A DNA stretch of 63,444 bases, counting the filler, from Chrysochromulina tobinii (taxonomy: Eukaryota), in assembly GCA_001275005.1 (NCBI GenBank). It is 13 parts of 13 records of this genome, joined end to end, with 100 filler letters (N's around TTAATTAATTAA, not from the genome) between each part and the next. Parts side by side here need not be neighbours in the genome. Positions count along the whole stretch, not along the records: positions 19,917 to 25,640 come from JWZX01000047.1; positions 25,741 to 32,097 come from JWZX01000048.1; 11 more parts are not named here. One strand, given 5' to 3'. Position numbers and translations under genes: made by a program. Of this stretch, positions 21,082 through 32,197 are shown in pieces (within the stretch, counting starts at the first letter, position 1; the number at the start of each line of letters is the position of its first letter). The notes beneath the pieces were generated by a model that was not told where the DNA came from, did not search any database, and was given only the letters and a program-made list of their open reading frames with translations.

Positions 21082-23822
21082 TCAGTCGCGCTGCGGCGCG
21101 GCCCTGGACTGGCTCACGTGGGCGCGGACCGCTTGGATCCACGCGCCCACGTTTCGCTCCACCGCCTCCAGGGCGGGGAGTACCATATCTACCCACGTGG
21201 CCGAGGGCGGCATCTCGTGCGCCCGCTCCGCCCTCGTCGGAACGTCAGCGGGGTTGGCCTTCGACGGCACCCAATCGCCATAGAACCAGCAGTGTAGTGC
21301 TGCAATCTGTGCATGGAACAGGTTAACTAGGCGGGCGAGATCGGGTTTGGACGCGTACCCATGGACGAGCGCGGATAACGCCGCGAAATTATCGATGAAG
21401 TGTATCACTGCCCTGTCGGCGAGGAGCACCGGGAGTGTGTAATAGACGGCGATGGCGGCCACCAGCTCCATCTGCGAGATGTAAGTCTCGAGGTCGGTCG
21501 AGAGAAAGGTGAAGAAGAAGGGAGGGACCATCATTCCTGAGATTAGCTCGGCGCCGGTCATTCGATCGACGACGTAGAAGCCGAGTATCGCAACCGGGAC
21601 CCTTTCTTTGCCGGGTTCCTGGAGCCATCGGAAGGAGGCGTCAGTGTACACGATCACTGGGGTCTTCCGTCCTGGTGAGAGGCTGAATTCGAGTGGGGGC
21701 AGGACGCCTTCCGCGAGGACGGCCGACAGGAACTCGAGCATGGCGTCCAGCTGGACGTTCCATTCGTTGGTCTCCTCGTGCGATCTTTGCATGAGGCATT
21801 GCGTTGCTGCGCGGCCGACGCGCCCATACGTCGATGAGCTGAGCCAGCCTAGCCTCCCCCAGAAGGACGAGGCCTCGCCGGAGGAGAGCTTCCCTTTGAC
21901 CTTGCATTTTTGCAGGTCTGAAAGGACGGAGTCAACCTTGGCTCTGACCGGCGACACCACTGCGACGCCGTCCGTCAGGATGCGTGCGAGGCATACCAGG
22001 ACGCCAAGGACGATGTTGGCGAGTCTGCCGATTTTGCGCTTGCCGAGTTCGATATTCCACCCGAAGGCTCGAAATACGGCTTGCAGTGCCTCTTGCGAGG
22101 ACATCGGGCCGCCGGCAGCGACATCCACGCTTGGGAAGTCGTCGACATAGTGTGCCGCCAGCACGAGCAGGAAACAGGTAGCGGCGTGGCAGATCAGCCG
22201 CGGCAGGCGGCTGAAATTTAGCGGGGAGGCCCGCTTGCCGAAGCAGTGGCCTGGGATCTGCTGGAACACGGCCGTGCCCCTTGCGAAGGAGTAGTACGCC
22301 ACTGTGCTCACTTCTTGCACGCACTGTGGCATGGTGCGGAAGGCGTGTTTCATATCGTCGAGTAATCGTCGAGCGCGACGATGCACCTCGTCATCTGGAT
22401 GCCGGCGGCCATATATCGGGCCGCGATGGCCACCACGACCATCACGACCCATACGGGCGAGATTAGGTCGACTGATTCTACCTCGCCGGTCGCGTCATTG
22501 ACGCCGCTGGCGCGGTCGTCGTCGATGCATCGTAGTCGCTTGGAGCCGTCCTCCTTGAGGCCTTGCTCGATGACATAGCGGGGTGCGGGACGTGTGCGGC
22601 GCACCCCGCCACATTGCGCGTCGGCCCACGCCGTGAACTGGCGGGGCGTCATGGGCGCGAGCATCGTGCCTGCTCGCACCTCCTTAAACGACATGGACTC
22701 GGCGAGCCACATCTTGTTCAGGCCATCCAGCTGTTCGGCTGGGCATCGTTCGCAGATGCCGCGCCACAGAGCGTCGCTCGGGTGGTGGGGGTCATTCGCC
22801 TGCGTTGCCGCGGCAGCCATCTCGGCGTCGCTGACCCCTGCCCTGTCCAGGGCCTTTCTGGCCCTGGTCTTGCACAGTTGCATCAGATGGCCGAACCATG
22901 TTGCTGATGACATGATGGCCGGCCCTGGCTCCTGCAGCCACATATGGTGGCCGCCGTACTCGATCAGCCTGGATCGCAGCGGTCGTGCGTTTCCGGCGTA
23001 GAGGTCGGCGAGGGAGTATGCCGCCGGGCGCCAGTGCGCCCGGAACACCCCTGTTTCGCGCATCCCGGGTTCTTTCTCGGAGCGGTCCCCAGCTGCATGC
23101 ATCCCGAAGTGGAGGTCGTGGGCAAGCCACGTGTCCGGCCACTCGAGCACCTCGATGCATGCGGCGACCATGAGGAGATTTGCATCACTCATGATCCCTT
23201 TCGAGAAGGCGGGTCCGGTGCCCGCCAGCTTCCTCGACAGCGGCTTAAGGATCGCGGCGATAGCTTGCCACTCGGCGGTGAGTGCCCGCCGAGTGCGCTC
23301 GAGAGCAGGGCCTAAATCGGCGATTTTGTCGATAGCCCCCAGGATGACCGGCCCTAGTTCGGTTCCGGGCAGCCTCTCGGGGAAGTGCAGCTCGCGGGCT
23401 GCCCTCGCGTGAGCCCAGCAGTCGCGCTCCTCGGCGACGAGGCGCTCTTCTGGTGGCACCTTTGAGAAGATGCCATATGCGGTGGCATTCGCCGTGCCCC
23501 CGGCGCTCCTGAATGTCGGGCGCACGTACTTTGCATTTACCTGGCGCATTGCTCGGAGGCGGCGGAGCGCGTCGAGGTACTCGACGGGGGTGTCGCTGAG
23601 TTCGAGCGGCCTGAGGGCAAAAGCCATCGCCCATCCGGGCCGACGTTCGGGCGGTGTGTCAGGGCGGTCGTTGCCATTCGTTGCGTCCAAATTTGTCGTG
23701 CATGCAACAAAAGCGGAGCGCCCGTGCACGGGTGGGGGCGTTGCGCCCATCCGGTCAGGCTGTCCGCTGTCGGTGACGGCCGCGCGCTGGCTCGGTGCGG
23801 CCTCACGGTCTCGCTTTGGCAT
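21082..23822 (-). mobile_element. DIRS-type reverse transcriptase-RNase H ORF, frameshifted by an 11-bp insertion at 22354-22373
   Basis: KRLRCIDD...GVND, (L)DDMKHAFR, HCFG..ASPLNF, HYVDDF, LGVLV. RNase H motifs VYTDAS, ISQMEL, FIDN and WVPSKANPADVPTR. Confidence 0.88.
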
Positions 23823-23951
23823 GGCGACGTCGGCACCGGAGTCAGTTACTCGGCGCACGGAGTCATCAAGGCCAACGGCACGTCGCCTGTCTCATCAGCT
23901 GCATCAGCAATCAGTATCAGCATCAGCAGCACTCAATCACTCAACGCAGCC

Positions 23952-25466
23952 ATGGCAGCCGCTCTCGCGATCTTTGACGGCGCCGACATGAAGCCGGACG
24001 TACGCGCACTCTTCACCAACGCGGCCGTCTCTTACGAGCTCGGGCCGCTCATCGCGGCCATGGAGCACGCCGGCGATTCGGCGAAGTGTGATGGTCTCAT
24101 TGTGGAGCATCTCGTCGACATGAACTTTGGCGAGTTTGCCAAGTCGCCGCTCACGTACGCGAAGCTCCTGATCGGCGTCCGCAACGGGGTCGCCCCGGCC
24201 GTCGCCGTCGTCGCCGTCGCTGAGGTTCGCAACAGCGCCGGCGTAGTCGTCACCGCTGCGGTGGCTGCCCAGGCTGCCGTCGCAGGCATCGCTGGGCTCG
24301 GTGGCCTCGCCGGCCTGACCGGCTCGGATGATGACTGCGCGGAGGAGATCCTCCATCCGCTGATGCGCCTCCACCGTGCGGCTCGTAACGAGCTGGCCCG
24401 TCTTGCGCCAGGCGGGAATCTCACGCCGCAGACGATTGCCGATGCGATCGGAGGCTCGGCTGCGGTAGACAAGCTTACGGCGCGTGCTCGCACGCTCAAC
24501 GAGGCCGAGGTGGCGGGCATCCTCGCCGCCGGCTATGCCACCGGGAGGGCCAAGCCGGACTTTCCATGGGATCGCGCGGGCGGCCGCCTCATGTCGGTGA
24601 TGGCCTTCCACTCGTCGGTGCTGCCGGACGCGGGTGTGCGCAAACCGCGTCCCCCCTCGTACAAGGACGCGCCCTTCGACGCCGTCCTGACGGAGGAGAA
24701 TGTTCTCGCCCACAACCCGGCCAAGCCGACCTCGGCGTCCCTCATCGGGGCGAAGGCGGTGTGGCTGCTCGCGTGGGACCTGTGCGCCGCGCAGGTCTCT
24801 AAGCCAGTCCTTTTCCTCGGCTCGGGGGCTCGGCTCTCGAGCGACCCAGCTCTGTTCAGGGCGGTCATCCTTGCTTTGCACCGCCTGAAGGATATCGATC
24901 CGATGCTGCTCCTGGAGCAGCTGAAGCTGCTCCAGGATCAGATGCATCAGTGGAGCGAGGCGGCTTCCTGCGATATCTGGTATCCGAAGGTCGTCGATCG
25001 GCTCGAGAGCATCCGGTACGTGCTCGCAAGTCGCGTCGGCGCCGTCGCGGCGGGCGCCGTCGCGGGCGTCACCTCGGCGGCCCTCGTCGAGACGCTCAAC
25101 GAGGACGGCACTCCGGTGAAGGGGAAAGGGAAGCGTCCTTCCAAGGAGGGGACGCCGGAGTCGCGTCAGCTCGCGCACGTGCAGCGCGAGAACGAGGCGA
25201 TGCGCGCGAAGCTCGCTAAGAATGGCCTCGGCAAGAATGGCAAGGGCGGTCGCGGCGGCAAGGGGGGCGGCGGCTGGTACGATGGCTGGTCTGGCCGTGG
25301 CGGCGGCTGGTCCAACGACTGGTCCACCGGCTGGTCCAACGGCAAGGGATCGGGCGGCGGCGGCCCGCCGCCCCCGCCGCCGGGGACGCTTGTCATTCGC
25401 GACAAGTGCAACGACTTCATCCAGGGTCGCTGCACGCGCGGCGCCGCGTGCCGCTTTACTCACTGA
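23952..25466 (+). CDS. Gag-like protein with a GK/GW-rich tail and terminal CCCH zinc finger, divergent from the RT ORF
   Basis: C-terminus KNGKGGRGGKGGGGW...PPPPPP...CNDFIQGRCTRGAACRFTH (C-x7-C-x5-C-x3-H). Intronless. ATG lies 129 bp from the RT ATG. Confidence 0.65.
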   Translation: MAAALAIFDGADMKPDVRALFTNAAVSYELGPLIAAMEHAGDSAKCDGLIVEHLVDMNFGEFAKSPLTYAKLLIGVRNGVAPAVAVVAVAEVRNSAGVVVTAAVAAQAAVAGIAGLGGLAGLTGSDDDCAEEILHPLMRLHRAARNELARLAPGGNLTPQTIADAIGGSAAVDKLTARARTLNEAEVAGILAAGYATGRAKPDFPWDRAGGRLMSVMAFHSSVLPDAGVRKPRPPSYKDAPFDAVLTEENVLAHNPAKPTSASLIGAKAVWLLAWDLCAAQVSKPVLFLGSGARLSSDPALFRAVILALHRLKDIDPMLLLEQLKLLQDQMHQWSEAASCDIWYPKVVDRLESIRYVLASRVGAVAAGAVAGVTSAALVETLNEDGTPVKGKGKRPSKEGTPESRQLAHVQRENEAMRAKLAKNGLGKNGKGGRGGKGGGGWYDGWSGRGGGWSNDWSTGWSNGKGSGGGGPPPPPPGTLVIRDKCNDFIQGRCTRGAACRFTH

Positions 25467-25740
25467 CCGCCGTCTGAGGCGGGGGTGATCTGAGCGCGAG
25501 CTAGCGCATCGTCTCGGCCCCGCACTGGCCGTGCGGTGCATGCATGCGCTCGTATTTATCGCGCGCGGGCGCTGTCGTGGGCGCGCCGTCCTGGTTGCGG
25601 CGCGCGTGTGGCCTTGGCTCGTCGCTGGGTGGGAGGGGGGNNNNNNNNNNNNNNNNNNNNNNNNNNNNNNNNNNNNNNNNNNNNTTAATTAATTAANNNN
25701 NNNNNNNNNNNNNNNNNNNNNNNNNNNNNNNNNNNNNNNN

Positions 25741-26600
25741 TCGTCCTTCCGGATGGTTCGCGCCTCTTCGCGGGCTCAGACCGTGGCGACTTTGAGGAGG
25801 GCTTGCCCCAGGGCTCTCCTGAGTCTTCATTAGCCTTCTGCGTCCTCATCCAGGAGGCCGTGCAGGAGCTCCACGAGGCGCTTGCCGGCGGCGGCCGGTC
25901 TTTCGACTTCGACACGCCCGACTTGCGCATGTCGACTCTCCTCGCCTCGGACTCGGACTTGGGGCACGCCTTTTCGGATGCATGGGCTCTTCTTAGGGAG
26001 GAGGTCGATGGCGTCGTGGACGTCACGCAGTCACCTGGCCTGCTTAGCCACCCGGCTGAGACGGTACCCGCGCAGCACCGGATGCAGCACGCCATCACGG
26101 CCCAGCGGGAGGCAGCAGCGGCTCGACGCCTCGATGTCCTCATGCTCGCTCTCCCCAGGACGGACCCTCGGAGGCACGCGTGGCTGGAGGCCGGGGACTA
26201 CGCCCAGATCGCGGGCCGTTGGCTTGCTTCGCATCCTTCCGAGCGCCTCGGCTTGGTGTGTTCGTGCAGCGAGTTCAGCGAGATGCTCGTCTCCTACTTG
26301 GGCGTGGATAGCCCAGCGGCTTCGTCTCCAGGCGTTTTGGGCGCCTCGTTTTCAGGATACAGCGGCGGGCGTCAGCGGTTCGTCGTCGATGCCGGAGGTT
26401 GGGAGGTCGAGCGCGTGCAGATGCCCGGGGACGGGTGGCGCGACGCTCATGACTACATCGCCTCCACCGTCTTCGACCTTGTCTCTCTCGCTGGGATTAC
26501 AGGCACCATGGAGCCGCGTGGCATCTTCAGCATGGCGGTTCCGGCCGAGGTCCTAGCCACTGCACTGGCCGAGGACGGCGGCCGTCCATGTACCGGATAA
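25741..26600 (+). mobile_element. Internally deleted non-LTR retrotransposon remnant (RLE/CRE-like)
   Basis: RT motif B' GLPQGSPESSLAFC is followed directly by post-RT sequence (MQHAIT...WLASHPS...HD...EPRGIF). No YxDD motif is present. Confidence 0.65.
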
Positions 26601-27395
26601 TCATCGAAAGGTACATGTATGGCCCCCGGTCACTAGGTGGACATCTCAGACAGGACCTGACCTCAAACTGTCTCGCCATCTTCGCAACTTCGGCCCAGCC
26701 CCCCACAGCCCCGCCGCGCCGCGTGCCGCGTGCCGCGCTCGCTCACGTCGGGGCCCACCCTTGTCCCGCCAGCCCCGCCGCACCCACGCTGGCTCGACAC
26801 GCTGGCGCGTCTTCTCACTTCTGAAATTCATGTTCGGTGACCAACAGTGGGCTACATGTAACAGTGGGCCGCGCTTGGGGTGTTGGGGATTACATCCAGG
26901 CGGCACTCATGCTCACGAGGTAGAACAACCAGCGTGCGCGGGTTGGCTGAACCTGAACCTCAATTAAACGCCGGGGCGTGCGTACATGTAACAAGGCTAC
27001 AAGGGCTTATTCAGAATGTTCCATGACCCCCCCCCACAGAGCAGGGTAATGGTCTGGTAAAATATTGACATTGTTACACATGTAGTGTGTGCCGCGCTGA
27101 GTCTGGAGCCTCTGTCCGCGCTGCGCCCGCTGCGTAGATGCGTGTGGGTTACGCGTGTGGGTTCTGTAGATCGCTCACGGAACGAATTTTCCGAAGAGGG
27201 GTGAAATCCACGAAATTTGCCATAGCGGGATCGAAGAGAAAAAATCGAAATTTTATCGAAATTTGTCACACACGATTCGAAATTATGGCATCGAAATTTC
27301 CTATGTCAGCCATTCGAAACTCTGAGACACCCCAAAGGGTTTAGGCCTCCGTTGGGTCAATTATTAGCGTATACAGTGACGTTCAAGGCTTGTAA

Positions 27396-27415
27396 ACTTG
27401 ACTTGACTTGACTTG
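27396..27415. repeat. (ACTTG)4 microsatellite
   Basis: Direct reading. Same unit as the array at 49282-49325. Confidence 0.85.
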
Positions 27416-27511
27416 GTTCGTTCGTAACGGTACCGGTAAAAAGACACCGGGGGAGCCGGGAACACACGGGACACGGTAGTATGAATACGTGCAAGTATCC
27501 GAGCGAGAAGC

Positions 27512-28465
27512 ATGCCGTGCTCCAGCCCACAGGAGTGCGTCCTGCAGCATCGACGGTGCATCGAGCAGCGGTGTGAGCATGCGGAGGTCTCCGCTCTGCG
27601 CCGCCGCTCGGATACTGTCCTCTTTACTGTCTGCGTCAACTACACGCTCAGCAACGCAACGCTGCCGCGCTGGCAGAGGTACGCGGATATTCACGGCTAC
27701 GATTGGCTCTGGGTGGGCTCCCGTAATGTCTCGATCACTGGCGTCGCGACGGCTGCGTGGGATCGCGTCTTCATCGCTCAGCAGCTCTTCAGACGCGGCT
27801 ACCTGGACGTCATGCATGTCGATGGCGACTCGGCGGTGCTTGCATGGGAGACGCCTATCGGCCAATACGTGCGCAATGCGACGGGGCCGTTTGGGGCGGC
27901 GCCGGCGAGCTCTTTCCTCTACGTGAGTCAGGACGTCGGAAGATTTGGCCGCTACTGGCCGAGCGAACGCGACTTTCGGAGAGGAATCTCCTTGCACACA
28001 GACTCGCAGCTGACGGGCCCCAACAATTTTGGCATCTGGTTGATGCGAAACCACCCGAACGCGCACGAGGCGCTCGCAGCAGTAATCAGCCACTCCCAGA
28101 ACCCGGGGCGCAGCTTCCAAAAGTTTCCGGCAGAGCAGGGCACGCTCAACGCCTGGTTGGGTGAGAACTGCACGTGCCACAGCGTGCGCGGGACCCGGGA
28201 GGCGAAGCGCAACGGAACGACGTGCCACTACGCACAGGCGCCGTATGGGACGTTTCAGCGTTTTCTCGGGCGGCTGGACAACAGTGTCCACCACAAGCCG
28301 CAGGATGGGTGGGAGAGCAACGTGAGCGCCGTGTTGCGCAGCTACCGGGAAGCGGGCGTGATAGTGCTCCATATGCCGTCGATGCAACTTTTCCAGGGCT
28401 TTCTGCGACTGACGTTCAGCGCGGTGGAGCGTCTGTTCCCGATTGGGAGACTATTGGGAGCATAG
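27512..28465 (+). CDS. GT-A fold glycosyltransferase (GT34/MNN10-like)
   Basis: RYADIHGYD, AAWDRV, MHVDGDS (DxD), NFGIWLMRN, AEQGTLN. Confidence 0.7.
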   Translation: MPCSSPQECVLQHRRCIEQRCEHAEVSALRRRSDTVLFTVCVNYTLSNATLPRWQRYADIHGYDWLWVGSRNVSITGVATAAWDRVFIAQQLFRRGYLDVMHVDGDSAVLAWETPIGQYVRNATGPFGAAPASSFLYVSQDVGRFGRYWPSERDFRRGISLHTDSQLTGPNNFGIWLMRNHPNAHEALAAVISHSQNPGRSFQKFPAEQGTLNAWLGENCTCHSVRGTREAKRNGTTCHYAQAPYGTFQRFLGRLDNSVHHKPQDGWESNVSAVLRSYREAGVIVLHMPSMQLFQGFLRLTFSAVERLFPIGRLLGA

Positions 28466-28703
28466 CTTCAGCGATCGCGAAGGTATAGGTCCGTAATAGG
28501 TCCGCCCTCAGCCACCTCTCTAGTGACAGACCGTTGTACATTTCCGAGTGAGTGAGTGAGTTATTGAGACACAGACACACCGTGGAACAATCACTCACTC
28601 ACTCACTCACTCACTCACTACATTCCGGATACGAACGAAAAGGTCTGAGAAAAACATCCGAGATCGCCTCTGCAACTTTCAGTACATTACGAGAAGTCCG
28701 GCC

Positions 28704-29261
28704 ATGAGAGCCTGCTTGCCGCTCTTCGTCGTGCTCTGCGGACTACTGGGCTCAGCATCGGCGCTCGTGGTGCCGGCGCGAGCGCTCATGCCGGAGGTCA
28801 CGCCGGCGAGCGCCTCGCGCACCGTGCTCTCGCTCCGGACCGCGCGTGTGGCCATGCAGGTCGATGCTCCGGTCAGGCCAAAGGTCGACGTGCCACAGCT
28901 CGCGCCCACGAAGCCGTCGTCGGACAAGGACAATGAGAAGGCCAAAAAGTACAAGGTGTTGCTGTTCAACGACAATGTCAATCGGTGCGCCGCATCAGCA
29001 CCCGGATGGCCGCCACGGCGCTGTACGCTGCCCCTGGTTAAGCGTCGCGTTTTCGTGGTGCTGCGCAGGCGCGAGTATGTGGCGCGCATTTTGGTGGGGG
29101 CCATTCCGGGCATGTCGCAGGCGGACGCGTACCTCGTCATGCAGAAGGCGCACAAGCAGGGAATGGCTGTCGTGGGCGTCTGGGTCTTTGAGGTGGCAGA
29201 AGCCTACTGCGACAAGCTCAAGAGCGGCGGCCTTATTGCGTCGGTCACGGAGGAGGACTAG
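28704..29261 (+). CDS. clpS: ClpS adaptor of the Clp protease, probably plastid-targeted; intron 28985-29068
   Basis: Signal peptide plus transit-like N-terminus, then YKVLLFNDNVNR/REYVARIL...MQKAHKQGMAVVGVW..EVAEAYC. The 84-nt GT-AG intron is in frame. Confidence 0.9.
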   Translation: MRACLPLFVVLCGLLGSASALVVPARALMPEVTPASASRTVLSLRTARVAMQVDAPVRPKVDVPQLAPTKPSSDKDNEKAKKYKVLLFNDNVNRCAASAPGWPPRRCTLPLVKRRVFVVLRRREYVARILVGAIPGMSQADAYLVMQKAHKQGMAVVGVWVFEVAEAYCDKLKSGGLIASVTEED

Positions 29262-29665
29262 CCAGAACGGCGTCGATGGATACACATAGGGCCGGCCGGC
29301 CACGGACAGTAGTAGAGCAGCAGCAGCAGCGTGCGTCACTCAAAGCACTGGCGCAGCGCGCTTGATCTCGAGGACCCATTTTGCTTTTTCTCCAGCCGCC
29401 CCCGCCTTCGTTTTGGCGGCGCGGCTTTGGCATTTTCCATTAGCACGCGCGCGCACTCAATACAAGGTGCGCACTCAATAAAACTGTGATGACTTTACAA
29501 TAACACGAACTATCTAGAGACAGCCCCCGTGCACAGAGCGTGTGCGGCGTCGCGCGGTGTCGTCTGTCGATGACGACGAACGTGCGCACGACTGGCGACT
29601 GATTCCCGTGTCTGTGCACGAGAAGGCTGCATGGACTACGTAGTGACAGAACCTGGCAGGGTTCA

Positions 29666-30275
29666 TCAAAAATACTTTCGGCCGAGCGTCTTGACGCGCG
29701 AGTCGAAGAGCGGCGACGCGATTGGGCTGTTAGGCGCGTAAAAGGGATTCATAAGCACCTTGACGTAGAGCTCGTGCACGTCGTGGAAAAAGGAACGGAT
29801 CCCCTCATCGTTGCGTACGTCGTGGAGCAGCATGAGCTTCACGTGACCGGCAGTCACGTATGCAGAGATCATAAAGTCGTTGAACTTGTCCACCGACTTG
29901 AAGGCCATGCTCTGCGTGCCCCAGACGCTGTCGTCGACCATGTCGAGCGCGGCGTGGATGATGAACTGGTTGAGGTGCGAGTTGTCCTCGCGCTGCGCGT
30001 GCCAAGGGTGAGGAGGGCGCGCGTGTCAGTGACACGTGCGGCTGACGGAGCTGCGGGGCTGACTGTGGCAATCACCCGCTGCGCGTTCACAAACTCTGCC
30101 TCGTAGATGGGCGCGTCGCCCTCGGCGACTATCATGAACATGTCTGCGGGAGGGACGCGGCGCGGTGCGCTGAGCTGGGGAATAGCGGTTCGCACGCTCG
30201 ATGATGAGCTGGCGATTCGCGGTGGCGGCGCGGCGCCGCCAGTCGTGGGGAGGACGCACAATTGCCGCCAGACAT
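29666..30275 (-). CDS. TRAPPC2: TRAPP complex subunit 2 (sedlin/Trs20), 3 exons
   Basis: MSGGNY/MFMIV...PIYEAEF...HLNQFIIHAALDMVD...ISAYVTAG...LMNPFY...FDSRV. Confidence 0.92.
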
Positions 30276-30406
30276 GGGACTTGTAGCGCCGCCCTGAGCA
30301 CTTCGTATAGGGGACGAAGGCATCAGGTGAGTGCGCCAGATTGACGATTTCTGAGAAAACAGAAAGTTGCGGAATTCCGCATTGTGCATGTGAATAATTC
30401 CTTGCA

Positions 30407-31776
30407 ATGGTGAGCCTACACTGCATGCCGATGATCATCATCAACATGGGCGGCGAGATGGTCTACATCCTCGCGCAGCGCTTGCAGGCGCAGAGCGTAC
30501 CCATAGACAAGTCCAAGCGAGGTGAGCAGGCTCTCCTACGGCACCCTCAGCGCCTCTACGCGCAGGACTCCGCCTGCCTGCTCCAGTCTTCTGCGCGCCC
30601 CTCCGCGTGTGCTCACGCGCCTCTGATGCGCCTCGTTTCGACTGCGCAGTGCTGCAGGACGTCATCCGTACGATGTACAACCCAAAGTTCATTTCGGAGC
30701 TCTTCAGGCCACAGGACATATACGCGATGTCGTCGGTGCGGCAGGTCTTTGACCGATTGGCACACTCGTCGATCATGCGCCTGAATGAGACGAGCATGGA
30801 CAAGCTTTTCGACCTCATGACGATGGGCTTCAAGTACCAGCTGCTCGCCTCGTCGTACCCGCAAGAGCTGATGCACATCACGCTCAACCACCTGTACCAG
30901 CTGCGTGCAAAGGTCGAAGATGCGCCGACGGTGAGTGCGCTCGTGGACGACGTGATCAGGCTGGTGAACGAGAAGTACGCCGTCATGCCGCCGCTCCAGT
31001 TCGCATCGCTCAAGCAGACGCTCTGCCGCTTCTTCTCCGATAAGCGTGTCAAGGTGTCTCTGTTTTTGCAGGACGGGCTGCAGAAGAATGACGGCGCGAT
31101 CACGCTGCAGTACTCGGGGCCGCTGCCACCCGGCGTCGAGCTCCCGGGGCAGATAACGCGCTACGGCGACTCGCTCGTCGTGCTTCGCGTCGACAGCTAC
31201 AGCTTCCCGGCCGTCGAGACGATCGACGGCGTGATGCCACTCGGCCCACCCATCCACCCGGCCCGCGGCGCCGCGTGCGAGCTTGGGATGAACATGTATT
31301 CCAAAGAGCGTGCAGCGCCGCCGCCGTCGGCGCAGTTGGCCGCCGAAGAGGCCGCCGCTGCGGCCGCTGCAGCCGTCGAGCGCAAGGGGCCCGGCGTGGG
31401 CGTCAAGAAGGCGGTGCTCGATTCGGTCGCGGCGGAGAAGGCCATTCTCTCGGCCGCGGCTGCGAAGGTGTCCAAATCAGACCTGAACCTTCTTGCGGAT
31501 CTACTCGGGGTGGGTAGCCAGCAGGTAGGCGGAGCGAGTGGCGCGCCCGACTTCAAGCTCAACCTCTTCCCCGACACGTCGATGAGTGCCGGCAGCGGCG
31601 GCCGCTCGGGCGTGACTGTCACGAAACGGTCCGAGATGATCGTTCTTGATGGCGATGTGCGCGGCCACAACCGGTCGCTGCGCGAGATCATGGATGACCT
31701 CAAGGTAGGTGATGAGGGCGCGACCGAGGAGGAGGACGACCTCCTAGGATTGATGGACGCCGCCGGAAAGGATTAG
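30407..31776 (+). CDS. OSCP1: OSCP1/NOR1 homolog; intron 30522-30649
   Basis: PMIIINMGGEMVYILAQRL...LAHSSIMRLNETSMDKLFDLMTMGFKYQ. Head-to-head with TRAPPC2, 131 bp between the ATGs. Confidence 0.92.
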
Positions 31777-32197
31777 CGCCCGCCCGACGTGCGAACCTGC
31801 CTCTCTGGTGCCGCACGATCGTGTTGCGCGTAGCCCTGCGCACTCCGCACTGGCCACTCTGGCACTGCGGCCCGCCGCCGTGTCCTGAGGGCGCAGTGGC
31901 CGGTGCTCGACCGTCACGTCATCAGAATGCACCGTTACTATAGTTAATCGATTCATAAAAAAATTGTTCGATTTATCAACCGCGACTCGTAGGGGCGTAA
32001 CTCTATAGGCGACGACATCCCGCGACCATCCGACGCGCGACGGCACGTCGCGAGCGCCGACGCGCGGGGCGGCCGGGGCCGCGGGCCCGCGCGCGCGNNN
32101 NNNNNNNNNNNNNNNNNNNNNNNNNNNNNNNNNNNNNNNNNTTAATTAATTAANNNNNNNNNNNNNNNNNNNNNNNNNNNNNNNNNNNNNNNNNNNN

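Noticed and set aside
28546..28620. (GAGT)n facing (ACTC)n, forming an inverted repeat
   Set aside because: Low-complexity microsatellite with no TSD or other evidence of an element.
30276..30406. Head-to-head TRAPPC2/OSCP1 arrangement as a functional system
   Set aside because: Short bidirectional promoters are ordinary in compact algal genomes, and no functional link is evident.
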